Source: Candidatus Omnitrophota bacterium (lineage in GTDB: Bacteria; Omnitrophota; Gorgyraeia; Gygaellales; Profunditerraquicolaceae). Taken from it: a DNA stretch of 64,000 nucleotides. Under the pieces are notes generated by a model. That model had not been told where the DNA came from, ran no database searches, and was given only the letters and a program-made list of their open reading frames with translations. The stretch spans positions 4,630 through 68,629 of the forward strand of contig JAQUQW010000004.1 of the NCBI GenBank assembly GCA_028716245.1. Direction: 5' to 3'. The translations under genes were made by a program, and so were the position numbers. This document shows positions 1-9,500 of the stretch, one piece after another. How positions within the stretch are numbered: position 1 is the stretch's first letter; every line of letters starts with the position of its first letter.

Positions 1-496
1 CCTGCGTTACGAATTTTCCTTCTCCGTGGGCAACCGGCAGATAAATTATTTTTCCCAGGCCCTTGGTCCAGACACATCGTCCGGCGGGTTTTAAATATAC
101 CCAACGATCCTCGAACTTTCCGGAATCATTGATAATTAAACTCGTTTCCTGCTTTGATTCTACGCTGGATGGTAATAAGCCGCTCTTAACCAAAATTTGA
201 AAACCGTTACAGATGCCAATAATCAATTTGCCATCATCGATAAATTTACGCAATGAATCGGCTAGTTTAAATCTTAATTCATTGGCAAATATTTTTCCTG
301 AGGCAATATCATCACCGTAGCTAAAGCCTCCGGGCAGAGCCAAAATACGGAAATCATCGAGGGTTCTTACGCCGCGAACCAAACTATTAATATGTAATAA
401 TTCAATCTTTGCTCCGGCGATCTTAAATGCCGCGGCAGTTTCCTGATCACAATTAGTCCCCGCGCTTCTTAAAACACAAACTTTAGGCGTTAGCAT
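1..496 (-). CDS. purQ: Phosphoribosylformylglycinamidine synthase I (PurQ, glutaminase subunit). The N-terminal ~165 aa are in the window and the C-terminus lies beyond position 1. ATG at 496 overlaps the LOG stop by 14 nt.
   Basis: Manual translation of the minus strand from 496 gives MLTPKVCVLRSAGTNCDQETAAAFKIAGAKIEL...LALPGGFSYGDD...GICNGFQIL...LPVAHGEGKF. These are class-I glutamine amidotransferase motifs typical of PurQ. The ORF track lists nothing here because the stop is outside the window. Confidence 0.8.
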   Translation of the reverse strand, partial: MLTPKVCVLRSAGTNCDQETAAAFKIAGAKIELLHINSLVRGVRTLDDFRILALPGGFSYGDDIASGKIFANELRFKLADSLRKFIDDGKLIIGICNGFQILVKSGLLPSSVESKQETSLIINDSGKFEDRWVYLKPAGRCVWTKGLGKIIYLPVAHGEGKFVTQ

Positions 497-1157
497 AGAA
501 TTTCTTGATTGCCGCGGCTACCTCTTGCGGCTTATCGACGATAATAAAGATATTCAGGTCTTCTTTACTGATATTACCGTGTTTATAAACCATGTCTTTT
601 AACCAGTCGATCAATCCTTTCCAATATTCGGAGCCCAGTAAAACAACCGGAAACTTAGAAATCCTTTGGGTCTGGATCAGGTTAATCGCCTCAAAAAATT
701 CATCCAGCGTGCCGTATCCGCCGGGCAAAATCACAAATGCCTTGGCGTATTTGACAAACATTACCTTCCGGATGAAGAAATAACGGAAATCCAGCAAGGT
801 ATCCACGTATTTATTCGGCTTCTGCTCGCAAGGTATATGTATATTTAACCCGATCGATTGGCCGCCGGCTCTTTTGGTTCCCCGGTTGGCTGCTTCCATT
901 AAGCCCGGGCCGCTTCCGGTAATTACCGCGTATCCTGCCTTGGCAATATAATAGGCCGTCTCTTCACCCAGCTTGTAAAATTTAGTATCCGGCTTGCTCC
1001 GCGCTGAACCAAAGATAGAAACTGCTCTTCCGATTTTCGAGAGGACTTCGAAGCCGTCAACAAACTCCGACATAATCCGAAATATCCGCCAGGTATCCTC
1101 CTGCGTAAAATCATCTCTTTCCAATAAACCATTGGGGCAAGCTTTAGCTTTTACCAT
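483..1157 (-). CDS. LOG-family protein (cytokinin riboside 5'-monophosphate phosphoribohydrolase / nucleotide 5'-monophosphate nucleosidase family; TIGR00730-like).
   Basis: 224 aa with the LOG signature PGGYGTLDE, GGGxG-like SGPGLMEA and an Rossmann-like N-terminus. Its 7-nt overlap with the purL stop and 14-nt overlap with the purQ start indicate translational coupling inside the pur operon. Confidence 0.8.
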   Translation of the reverse strand: MVKAKACPNGLLERDDFTQEDTWRIFRIMSEFVDGFEVLSKIGRAVSIFGSARSKPDTKFYKLGEETAYYIAKAGYAVITGSGPGLMEAANRGTKRAGGQSIGLNIHIPCEQKPNKYVDTLLDFRYFFIRKVMFVKYAKAFVILPGGYGTLDEFFEAINLIQTQRISKFPVVLLGSEYWKGLIDWLKDMVYKHGNISKEDLNIFIIVDKPQEVAAAIKKFYANA

Positions 1158-4048
1158 TTTAACGGCTCCTTCCAGGTTTCTTTTAACTTATTAATATCGG
1201 CATCCAGGCAAACTTTTCCGTCTAAACCAAATATTTTAAAATCAGGTCTCTTGGTTAAACACCCTGCCAGGCCAAAAGAAGCGCCTTTTAAAAGTCTTTC
1301 AAATTCTTTTTGGCTGGCCTTCTCCACCTCCACCACAAAACGGGAGTTTGACTCTGAAAAAAGCAGAAAATCATTGCGCTTATCAGGCGACTGATAGGGA
1401 GCCTCTGCCAAAAATATTTCCATGCCTAAGCCGCCGCTAAAAGCAACTTCAGCCAAAGCCACAGCCAAGCCTCCGTCAGAGCAATCGTGCATCGACTTAA
1501 CCAAACCTTTTTCTGTTGCCTTACTCAAGGCGCTAAAAGTTTTCTTTGCATCCTGATGATAAACCTTGGGCACTTGGTTCCCCACTGCCTTGTATAAATC
1601 ATAATAATGCGAGCCGCCTAATTCATCGCGGGTCTTACCCACGACATAAATTAAATTACCGGCTTCTTTGGCATACATCGACACTGCTTTATTCACATCA
1701 TCCATGACGCTGATTGCCGAAATCAGCAGCGTGCCCGGAATCGGCGTAGATTTACCGTGCACGTTGAACTCGTTATAAAAGCTATCCTTTCCCGAAATAA
1801 ACGGCAGGCCATAAGCTTTGGCGGTATGATAACAGCCGTAAGCCGCGCGGACCAAGCCGCCTAAGCGATCCGGCTTATCGGGATTACCCCAGCAAAAATT
1901 ATCCAGAATCGCTACCTCTTTTAATGAACCGCCCACGCTGATAATCTGGCGCAAGGCCTCATCAATACAGGAAGCCGCCATCCAGTAAGGATCGATAAAA
2001 CCAAAACGAAAATTTATGCCGTTAGAAATAATGATCCCTTTATTGGAATCAAATAACGGCTTGGTTACACTGGCATCGCTTGGCCCATCATTTTGAAGTC
2101 CGGCCAAAGGTTTGATAATCGAGCCGCCCTGCACTTCATGATCGTATTGACGCACCACCCATTCTTTAGAGCAAATATCATAATGGGCGAGCAGTTTTAA
2201 TAAATCCACGGTAAAATTTTTCTTTTCAGTAATCTTTGGTTCCCTGTGTTTGCTTTGGATGTAAACTGCTTTCTTAGCAATCTGCGGTATGCCTTCATGT
2301 AAAAAATGCATATCCAAATCGCAAACCAGATTATCCTGATAAAAAAGCTCTAATCTTTTGGTGCCGGTAAACTCTCCGATTACCGCGGCGCGGACATTTT
2401 CATTGGCAAATATACTAATTAACTTTTCGATATTTTTAGGCGGGACTGAAATTACCATTCTTTCCTGCGACTCAGAAATCCAGATCTCCATATAAGAAAG
2501 GCCGGAATATTTTAAAGGGACACGATCCAAATAAACCTTGGCCCCTAACTCCGCCCCCATCTCTCCTACCGCGCTGGACAATCCCCCTGCTCCGCAATCG
2601 GTAACGGCGGTGTATAAATTCTGTTCGCGCGCCTGTAAAATCGTATCCAAAACCTTTTTTTCTTCAATGGGATTGCCAATTTGCACTGCGCCGCTGGAAA
2701 CAGTTTCCGATTCATGGGTCAGCTCACCCGAAGAAAAAGTTGCTCCGTGAATTCCGTCGCGGCCGGTTGCCCCGCCTACCACTACAATTAAATCTCCTTT
2801 ATTTGTTTGCTTGAAAGATTTATCTTTGGGAATAATTCCCACTGTGCCGCAATAGACCAGCGGATTGCCCGCAAAGTGTTCATGGAATAATATCGCGCCA
2901 TTTACCGTGGGAATTCCCATTTTATTTCCATAATCACGCACTCCGCTGACTACCCCCTTCATCACCCGCTTAGGATGCAATGAACCAACCGGAACCTTGT
3001 TAAACGCCAGATCCGGAGGAGCAAAACAAAATATATCGCTGTTTAAAATCGGCTTTGCCCCCAGCCCGGTGCCCATGGAATCACGGATTACTCCGCCGAT
3101 ACCGGTATTTGCCCCGCCAAAAGGCTCTAATGCCGAAGGATGATTGTGTGTTTCCACTTTAAAACAAATATTATTCTCTTTATCGAATTTAATTACTCCG
3201 GAGTTATCTTTAAATACGGAAACGCACCAATCCTTATTTAACTCCTTGGTGGCTTTCATAATTGTCGACTTAAGCAGGTTTTTGATCGCTGTGTTGCCAA
3301 GCGCGGGCGCGGCTTTACTTTCTTTATAAGCAATGTTGCCGCGGAAGGTTTTATGGTAGCAATGCTCAGACCAGGTTTGGGCGATTGTTTCCAATTCGCA
3401 GTCAGTGGGATTACGCTTGATCTTACGGAAATAATCCCGGATCTGGCGCATCTCATTTAAATTTAAAAATAGCTGGCCCTTTTTACTAAGCTCTAAAAGT
3501 TTAGCATCCGTTGCCCCCAACAAATCTACCGTAATCAGATTAAACCGGTAGCCGGGCAGATGTTTGGTGTCCCCTTCAATAAGTCCGGGGCTGATTACAT
3601 GCTGGATAAGTTTGTTATAAAGAAGTTTTTCGGAAATGGTTTTTAGCTGGGAGGAAGAAAGCTTGCCGAAGATGATATATTTTTTCGCGGTCTTTACCGA
3701 TTCAACTGTGGTAATCCCTAAATCCCGGATACCTTTTAAAACTGATGCCTCAACCGGATCCATTACTCCCGGGTTATAGACGACCTCGACAATATGCTGA
3801 TTGGCTTTAAGAGAATTATCTGACTGATCAGATAAGATTTTGTAATCCTGCGCGACTTTATCCGTTAAAAGCTCCTGGCAGATACTTATAATTTGGCCTT
3901 GCGCTAAATTACCTTCTAAAGTATAAGCCTGGATAAACCTCACCTCTTTTACGTCGGCAATCCCCAGGTCAAAAATATCCTTGGCTACAGCCGCCCCGAC
4001 AGCGTCAAAAATACCGGGCTTATCCACTACTTCGATTTTGTACCGCAT
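1151..4048 (-). CDS. purL: Phosphoribosylformylglycinamidine synthase II (small-type PurL) with two tandem N-terminal PurS-like domains (PurS-PurS-PurL fusion), 965 aa.
   Basis: Residues 1-~80 (MRYKIEVVDKPGIFDAVGAAV...VRFIQAYTLEG) and ~85-165 (HIVEVVYNPGVMDPVEASVLKGIRDLGI...KKYIIFGKL) each match the PurS fold pattern V.V..KPGV.DP.G.AV...L..LG...V..VR.GK. The remainder is typical FGAM synthetase II (AIR-synthase-related domains; GGANTGIGGVIRD, paired PurM-like repeats). Confidence 0.9.
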   Translation of the reverse strand: MRYKIEVVDKPGIFDAVGAAVAKDIFDLGIADVKEVRFIQAYTLEGNLAQGQIISICQELLTDKVAQDYKILSDQSDNSLKANQHIVEVVYNPGVMDPVEASVLKGIRDLGITTVESVKTAKKYIIFGKLSSSQLKTISEKLLYNKLIQHVISPGLIEGDTKHLPGYRFNLITVDLLGATDAKLLELSKKGQLFLNLNEMRQIRDYFRKIKRNPTDCELETIAQTWSEHCYHKTFRGNIAYKESKAAPALGNTAIKNLLKSTIMKATKELNKDWCVSVFKDNSGVIKFDKENNICFKVETHNHPSALEPFGGANTGIGGVIRDSMGTGLGAKPILNSDIFCFAPPDLAFNKVPVGSLHPKRVMKGVVSGVRDYGNKMGIPTVNGAILFHEHFAGNPLVYCGTVGIIPKDKSFKQTNKGDLIVVVGGATGRDGIHGATFSSGELTHESETVSSGAVQIGNPIEEKKVLDTILQAREQNLYTAVTDCGAGGLSSAVGEMGAELGAKVYLDRVPLKYSGLSYMEIWISESQERMVISVPPKNIEKLISIFANENVRAAVIGEFTGTKRLELFYQDNLVCDLDMHFLHEGIPQIAKKAVYIQSKHREPKITEKKNFTVDLLKLLAHYDICSKEWVVRQYDHEVQGGSIIKPLAGLQNDGPSDASVTKPLFDSNKGIIISNGINFRFGFIDPYWMAASCIDEALRQIISVGGSLKEVAILDNFCWGNPDKPDRLGGLVRAAYGCYHTAKAYGLPFISGKDSFYNEFNVHGKSTPIPGTLLISAISVMDDVNKAVSMYAKEAGNLIYVVGKTRDELGGSHYYDLYKAVGNQVPKVYHQDAKKTFSALSKATEKGLVKSMHDCSDGGLAVALAEVAFSGGLGMEIFLAEAPYQSPDKRNDFLLFSESNSRFVVEVEKASQKEFERLLKGASFGLAGCLTKRPDFKIFGLDGKVCLDADINKLKETWKEPLKW

Positions 4049-4081
4049 ATTTAACGAGGTTTAAAAAAGGTGAGGGCTAAA

Positions 4082-5374
4082 TTATAATCCGACCTTCACA
4101 AAGATTTTATTAACGTTGCGTAAGTAAAAATCCAAATCGAATAGCTTATCCATTTCTTTGGAACCTAAATATTTGGCGGCTTGCGGTAAAGCTAAAAGGT
4201 TATCCTTAAAATTACCGGAGCCCTTCCAGGTTTGCATGGCTGCCTGCTGCACCAGATCATAGGCCTTGGTTCTTTCTAAGCCTTTATTCATTAAAGCAAT
4301 CAAAACACGCTGTGAAAAAATCAGGCCGCCTGTTTTGGCAAGGTTAGCCAGCATATTATCCGGATAGACCTTCATCCCGGAAACTACTTCCGTAAATTTA
4401 TTCAGCATATAATCCAAGGCTAAAGTGGAATCCGGAAAAATTATCCGCTCAACCGAAGAGTGGCTGATATCGCGTTCATGCCAAAGCGCCACATTTTCTA
4501 ATGCCACCTGGGCATTGGCGCGCAAGAGGCGGGCTAAACCGCAGATACGTTCGCAGATTACCGGATTGCGTTTATGCGGCATAGCGCTGGATCCCTTCTG
4601 CCCTTTGCCAAATGGTTCTTCAACTTCTAAAACTTCGGTCTTCTGCAGGTGCCTGATTTCAGTAGCGAATTTTTCTAATGAGGCGCCGATTACCGCCAGA
4701 GTGGCCATATATTGTGCGTATACATCCCGTTGTATTACCTGTGTGGCAATATTCACCGGCTCAAGGCCAAGTTTCTTACAGACATAAGCTTCAACATAAG
4801 GCTCAATATTGGAATAGGTGCCGACTGCTCCGGATAATTTTCCTAAGCAAGCCCCTTCTTTGGCGGATTTTAACCGGGCTAAATTCCGTCTGCTTTCATC
4901 AAACCAGAGCGCCAGCTTTAAACCAAAGGTTGTCGGCTCAGCATGCACCCCATGCGTGCGGCCGATACAAGCCATATCTTTATAAGTTCTAGCTTTCTTT
5001 GCCAAAACTTTGAGTAATTTTTCTAAATCTTCGATTAATATATCAGAAGCACTTTTTATTTGCACGCCTAGGGTAGTATCCAAGATATCGGAGGAGGTCA
5101 GGCCCATATGCAGGTATTGGGCGTCTTTACCTATATATTGGGCTACATTGGAAACAAACGCCACAACATCATGTTGTGTCTTCTCTTCGATTTTCCGGAT
5201 TTCAGACAGGTTAAATTTGGCTTTTTGTTTGATGCGTTTTACTGCTTGCGGCGGGACGATTTTTTTGGCAGCGTAAGCCTCAAGCGCGAGTATCTCGATG
5301 GCAAGCATAGTCTTAAACTTAAACTCCTCCTGCCAGATACTCTTCATTTTCGCCAGGCTGTAACGCTCAATCAT
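4082..5374 (-). CDS. purB: Adenylosuccinate lyase (PurB). The start is corrected to the internal ATG (MIERYSLAKM...). The ORF-track start at 5464 adds a spurious 30-aa N-extension.
   Basis: Fumarate-lyase family signature GSSAMPHKRNP. The N-terminus MIERYS matches the canonical PurB start. A GGGGG RBS lies 7 nt upstream of the ATG at 5374. Confidence 0.9.
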   Translation of the reverse strand: MIERYSLAKMKSIWQEEFKFKTMLAIEILALEAYAAKKIVPPQAVKRIKQKAKFNLSEIRKIEEKTQHDVVAFVSNVAQYIGKDAQYLHMGLTSSDILDTTLGVQIKSASDILIEDLEKLLKVLAKKARTYKDMACIGRTHGVHAEPTTFGLKLALWFDESRRNLARLKSAKEGACLGKLSGAVGTYSNIEPYVEAYVCKKLGLEPVNIATQVIQRDVYAQYMATLAVIGASLEKFATEIRHLQKTEVLEVEEPFGKGQKGSSAMPHKRNPVICERICGLARLLRANAQVALENVALWHERDISHSSVERIIFPDSTLALDYMLNKFTEVVSGMKVYPDNMLANLAKTGGLIFSQRVLIALMNKGLERTKAYDLVQQAAMQTWKGSGNFKDNLLALPQAAKYLGSKEMDKLFDLDFYLRNVNKIFVKVGL

Positions 5375-5405
5375 CGCGGACCCCCGTTTATTGTTTGAGA
5401 AGGTA

Positions 5406-5434
5406 ATTATAGCAAAATCCCGCCGTTTTAGCAA
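5406..5434 (-). promoter_or_regulatory. Putative sigma70-type promoter for purB (and the downstream purSL-LOG-purQ): TTGCTA -17- TATAAT with a TGn extended -10.
   Basis: Minus-strand sequence ...TTATTTGCTAAAACGGCGGGATTTTGCTATAAT, located ~30 nt upstream of the purB RBS. Confidence 0.4.
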
Positions 5435-5502
5435 ATAAAATAAGCAGCGGGTCCTGCCTGCCAAGCCACCTCGCCGTGCTCACTTGAATATCATATTGTT
5501 TC

Positions 5503-5530
5503 TTGCAATCATCCTATTTTGTTTTATAAT
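5503..5530 (+). promoter_or_regulatory. Putative sigma70 promoter TTGCAA -16- TATAAT for the divergent PpiD-like gene.
   Basis: ttgcaatcatcctattttgttttataat, followed by a GGAGG RBS and the ATG at 5555. Confidence 0.45.
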
Positions 5531-5554
5531 TAATGAATATAACTGGAGGTTAAA

Positions 5555-6676
5555 ATGTTAAAAATTTTACGCAATAAGAAAACCGCGAAAAAAGTCTGGA
5601 TTGGCCTGGCCATAATTATTATCCCTGCCTTTGCGCTTTGGGGATTTGGAGGGGCATTCCGCAGTAAAGAAGAAACTGCCGCTGTCGGAAGGATCTTTGG
5701 CCATAATGTCTCAAATCTTGAGTTTAAAGAATCCCTCTCAGCCGTAAGAACCTCCGCTACTATGCAATTCGGAGACAAACTCCCGGAGATTGAGAAATAC
5801 TTAAACTTACAGGCGCAAGCCTGGCAGAGGTTAATCCTTTTGCATGAAGCAAAAGTACGTAAAATCACCGTAAGCGACAAAGAGGTTATCAGCACAATTC
5901 AAAGCTCCCCTTATTTTCAGGACAAATACGGCTTTAGCAATAAGGTTTATGTTGAAACCTTGCGTTATGTCTTTAGGCTGCAGCCGCGCATCTTTGAGGA
6001 ACAGATGCGCCAGAGTCTAACCCTGGCTAAACTTTACGATCAGGTAACTAAAGATGTAAAATTAAGCGATGAACAGATCCGCCAGAAATACACAGAAGTC
6101 AATCAAGAATTAAACATCCATTATATTGCCAGCTTATTTTCCGACTTTGCCGCAAAAATTAAACCCACTGATAAAGAAATCGCTTCTTTCTTTGACAAAA
6201 ATAAAGCTATGTTTAAAGAACCTCCGGCTAAAGATAAACCGGCGCGGATTCCGGAGTTAGCCGAGATTAAGGACAAAGTTAAAGACGCTTTAATCAAAGA
6301 AGGGGCTAAAAAAACAGCAGAGGATAAAATAAAGGAATGCGCGGAAATTCTAAAAAAGGAGGAATTTATTCAGGCAGCCAAAGCCAGCGGCCTGAAAACC
6401 GGCCAAACCGCCTTCTTCAAATCCAGCGGCCAGATCGAAAACCTGGGAGCTGCGGAAATTTTCTGGAATACCGCCAAAAAGCTAAAAGATAAAGAGCTAA
6501 GCAGTACGCTTTCTAATGAAAAGGGCTATTATATTATCAAGCTGGGTTTGATTAAACCTATCGAAGAAGCTAAATTCGCCAAGGAAAAACAGGAATTTAG
6601 CCAGAAATTAATCTCTGAAAAGAAAAGCGAAGTTTTTGGTAAGTTTACTGAAGAGTTAATTAAAAAGGCGCAATAA
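5555..6676 (+). CDS. Membrane-anchored periplasmic chaperone of the PpiD/SurA-N-terminal-domain family. It lacks the parvulin PPIase domain.
   Basis: N-terminal TM helix (WIGLAIIIIPAFALWGF), then a SurA_N-like region with PpiD-like layout (V.G..I....F, ...SPYFQDKYGFSNKVY...). The 373-aa length, against ~620 aa for PpiD, implies no rotamase domain. Confidence 0.55.
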   Translation: MLKILRNKKTAKKVWIGLAIIIIPAFALWGFGGAFRSKEETAAVGRIFGHNVSNLEFKESLSAVRTSATMQFGDKLPEIEKYLNLQAQAWQRLILLHEAKVRKITVSDKEVISTIQSSPYFQDKYGFSNKVYVETLRYVFRLQPRIFEEQMRQSLTLAKLYDQVTKDVKLSDEQIRQKYTEVNQELNIHYIASLFSDFAAKIKPTDKEIASFFDKNKAMFKEPPAKDKPARIPELAEIKDKVKDALIKEGAKKTAEDKIKECAEILKKEEFIQAAKASGLKTGQTAFFKSSGQIENLGAAEIFWNTAKKLKDKELSSTLSNEKGYYIIKLGLIKPIEEAKFAKEKQEFSQKLISEKKSEVFGKFTEELIKKAQ

Positions 6677-6688
6677 AAGGGGATTATA

Positions 6689-6739
6689 AATACGACCCTG
6701 TTTCCCAGCCAATCGGGAAACAGGGTCGTATTTATTTGG
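6689..6739. terminator. Bidirectional rho-independent terminator between convergent genes: 17-bp perfect stem ATACGACCCTGTTTCCC / GGGAAACAGGGTCGTAT with an 8-nt loop, and T/A runs on both sides.
   Basis: Sequence aaatacgaccctgtttccc-agccaatc-gggaaacagggtcgtatttatttgg, read directly. Confidence 0.7.
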
Positions 6740-6749
6740 CTTTACTTAA

Positions 6750-6932
6750 TTAGCTTACTTTTATTGCGTTAACCGGGCAAGAATCGGCTACTTCCTGTAA
6801 ATTACAGCTTGCGCAAGTTTGCGCCTTAACATGGGCAATCCCGTCACCCTGCACTTCAAAAACATCCGGGCATGACTGCTCGCATAAACCGCATCCTACG
6901 CAAGTAGAAGCATCAACCGTGACCTTTGACAT
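6750..6932 (-). CDS. Small [4Fe-4S]/[3Fe-4S] ferredoxin (60 aa).
   Basis: CVGCGLCEQSCP plus a second CASC...CP motif. This is the single-cluster Desulfovibrio/Pyrococcus-type layout. Confidence 0.8.
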   Translation of the reverse strand: MSKVTVDASTCVGCGLCEQSCPDVFEVQGDGIAHVKAQTCASCNLQEVADSCPVNAIKVS

Positions 6933-6949
6933 ATTCGTTCTCCCTTTTA

Positions 6950-7429
6950 TTATCTTTCCAAAAGATTTTCAAACATCTCTTCGTGCGTTACTTCTTCGCT
7001 CAATATATGGGTAACCAGCTGATAAGTAACATTGTCTTTGCCGAGTGTCTTCTTGGCAATCTTATTATAAACCTCAATTGCCCCTGCCTCTGCCTCAGTT
7101 ACAATCCGGATAATCCGATTAATATCGGCGGTATTCTTCGGAGGCATTAAATAAGGGGAATTGGCCCCTTTTTCTAACTCCATCGGATTGGCTGGAGGAA
7201 CATCGCCAAGCTTGATAATTAAATCCGCCAATTCACCGGCATGCTCCAATTCATCCTTGGCTAATTTCTCTAACATCTCCTGTATATCTTCATAGGCGCG
7301 GCCGGAAACAATCTGGGCCATGTACCAGTAAAGATAAAATGCCAGCCATTCATCGCAATACGCTTTATTTAAATCCTTAACCAGGTCTTTTAAGCTTAAA
7401 TCGACAATTGCCCTTGCTTGTTTTCCCAT
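6950..7429 (-). CDS. Ferritin-like diiron protein (Bfr/Dps/rubrerythrin superfamily, four-helix bundle).
   Basis: Three E..ExxH-type motifs spaced as in ferritin-like proteins (DELEHAGEL, EAEAGAIEVY, EEVTHEEMF). 159 aa. Confidence 0.55.
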   Translation of the reverse strand: MGKQARAIVDLSLKDLVKDLNKAYCDEWLAFYLYWYMAQIVSGRAYEDIQEMLEKLAKDELEHAGELADLIIKLGDVPPANPMELEKGANSPYLMPPKNTADINRIIRIVTEAEAGAIEVYNKIAKKTLGKDNVTYQLVTHILSEEVTHEEMFENLLER

Positions 7430-7444
7430 GCTTGCCCTCCCCTG

Positions 7445-8323
7445 TTAAGCTTCTAGCTTCAAATTGTACTTCTTTATATTATTATCCGCAATCTCCTGGA
7501 TTTTTTTGATCTCTTCAGGATTATTGAGGAGATGTTTAAACCTGCCCTGGGTCTTTAAATATTCTTCAACCGGTTTAGGGCTAATTTGTTTACGGCCGGT
7601 CAATACGCCGTTTTCATATTCGAATAAAGGATAAAGCCCGGTTTCTACCGCTAATTTTGCAACCGGCAGCATCTGATTTGATTCATGCCGCCAACCTAAA
7701 GGGCAAGACGCGTGGATCTGGATATATTTCGGGCCTTTGATCGAAATTGCCTTTTTTACTTTACGCGATAAGTCCTGCGGAAAACCAACCGAAGCCGTGG
7801 CCACATAAGGAATCCCGTGCGCCAGGCAAATCTCAGGCACCGGTTTTTTGGGCCGGATGTTTCCCGAAGACTGCGCGCCCGCCGGGCTAGTCGTAGTGTT
7901 TGTATCAAAAGGAGTAAGCCCGCTTCTTTGCACTCCGGTATTCATGTAGGCTTCGTTATCATAACAGACATACAAAATATCATGGCCGCGTTCAAGCATG
8001 CCGCTTAAGGCCTGCAAGCCAATATCCCCGGTTGAGCCATCACCGCCCTGAGCAATAACATTAGTCGCGTCCTTTTTACCTAAATAGATCAGCGCTGCCT
8101 CAACCCCGGATGCAACCGCCGCGGAATTTTCAAACAAGGAATGGATCCAGGGAACCCCCCAGGCAGTATCCGGGTACTTGGTCGAAAAAACTTCCAGGCA
8201 GCCGGTGTTATTGACGACGATCGTGTTTGCTCCCGCTGCTTCAATAACTAAACGCGCGGCAATCGCCTGTCCGCAGCCGGCGCAAGCAGTATGTCCGGAT
8301 TTAAATAAAGGGCTATTCTCCAT
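7445..8323 (-). CDS. porB: Pyruvate/2-oxoacid:ferredoxin oxidoreductase beta subunit (TPP-binding).
   Basis: GDG-x-N TPP motif context (AQGGDGSTGDIG...NEAYMNTGVQ) and conserved Cys residues. Confidence 0.9.
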   Translation of the reverse strand: MENSPLFKSGHTACAGCGQAIAARLVIEAAGANTIVVNNTGCLEVFSTKYPDTAWGVPWIHSLFENSAAVASGVEAALIYLGKKDATNVIAQGGDGSTGDIGLQALSGMLERGHDILYVCYDNEAYMNTGVQRSGLTPFDTNTTTSPAGAQSSGNIRPKKPVPEICLAHGIPYVATASVGFPQDLSRKVKKAISIKGPKYIQIHASCPLGWRHESNQMLPVAKLAVETGLYPLFEYENGVLTGRKQISPKPVEEYLKTQGRFKHLLNNPEEIKKIQEIADNNIKKYNLKLEA

Positions 8324-9500
8324 ATTCTTCCTTGAGTAACTCTGGTTTTAAGTCGATGAAATCAGAATTAACTTCCTTAACCGTAAGCCTTCTAAATACT
8401 TCATGGATAGATTCCAGGGTTATATCTCTTCCGCCAAGGCCGGCGACAAAACTGCTGACTACTTTGGGACCTTTTTTCTTGCCATAGAAGGCGGCTTTCA
8501 TCTCCACGGCAATCGGCGCATAAGCCCCCAAAGAAACAGCTTTATCTAAAACCGCTACTTTGGGCACATTCTTTAAAGCTTCATAAACCCTGGCGTAAGG
8601 AAAAGGCCGATAGGTTATAATCCGTAAGAGCCCGACTTTTTTGCCTTTTGCGCGCTGTTCATCAACCACTTCTTTGATCGTGCCGCAGACCGAACCCATG
8701 GCCACAATCACTTTTTCAGCGTCTTTGGTCTGATATTCTTCAACCAGTAAATCCTGGTAATCCCTGCCAAAAACAGCATTAAACTCTTTGCTTATTTCGG
8801 ATAAATACCCGACTGATTCTTTCATCGTTTCCTGGATGGCAAAACGCGTCTCCATATAATAATCCGGATCAGCCAAAAGCCCCATAGAAATCGGCTCGGC
8901 CGTGTCTAATTTGTACAAAGGCTTATACGCCGGTAAAAATTTATTTACTTTCTCCTGTTCGGGGATATCCACTGTTTCCATCCCGTGGGTCAGGATAAAA
9001 CCATCCATACAAACCATCACCGGAAGCATTACCCGTTTATCTTCGGCCAAGCGGTAGGCGATCAGGTGGAAATCAACCACCTCCTGATTATCCTCGGCGT
9101 AAATCTGAAACCATCCGGCATCACGCAAAGATATGGAATCCTGCTGGTCGTTCCAAATGTTTATGGGAGCGCTTATGGCGCGATTGGCGCAGGTCATGAC
9201 CACCGGCAGGCGCATTCCGGCAATATTAAAAACCACCTCCTGCATATAGAATAACCCTTGAGAGCTGGTAGCGGTATAAACGCGCACTCCGGTTGCCGAA
9301 CCTCCTAAGACTACAGAAGCTGCGGAATGCTCGCTTTCCACGTTCACAAATTGCGAATTAAGTTCTTTGTTAGCCACCATCTGCGCAAGGTCTTCAACAA
9401 TATGCGTTTGAGGTGTTATTGGATAAGCCGAGATTACACCGGGCGCAGTCGCCTTGATAATTTCCGCTATCGCGTGTGATCCCTCTACAAATTCTTTCAT
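8313..9500 (-). CDS. porA: Pyruvate/2-oxoacid:ferredoxin oxidoreductase alpha subunit.
   Basis: 395 aa. POR alpha domain I/II pattern (GYPITPQT..., TATSSQG). Confidence 0.9.
   Translation of the reverse strand: MKEFVEGSHAIAEIIKATAPGVISAYPITPQTHIVEDLAQMVANKELNSQFVNVESEHSAASVVLGGSATGVRVYTATSSQGLFYMQEVVFNIAGMRLPVVMTCANRAISAPINIWNDQQDSISLRDAGWFQIYAEDNQEVVDFHLIAYRLAEDKRVMLPVMVCMDGFILTHGMETVDIPEQEKVNKFLPAYKPLYKLDTAEPISMGLLADPDYYMETRFAIQETMKESVGYLSEISKEFNAVFGRDYQDLLVEEYQTKDAEKVIVAMGSVCGTIKEVVDEQRAKGKKVGLLRIITYRPFPYARVYEALKNVPKVAVLDKAVSLGAYAPIAVEMKAAFYGKKKGPKVVSSFVAGLGGRDITLESIHEVFRRLTVKEVNSDFIDLKPELLKEEYGE

Noticed and set aside
5375-5464. ORF-track N-terminal extensions (purB from 5464, metK from 31971, msbA from 41712, nfnB from 58188, pfkA from 29462).
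   Set aside because: The ORF track starts at the first TTG/GTG/ATG after a stop. In each case an internal ATG preceded by a good RBS restores the canonical N-terminus of the family, so I trimmed the extensions.
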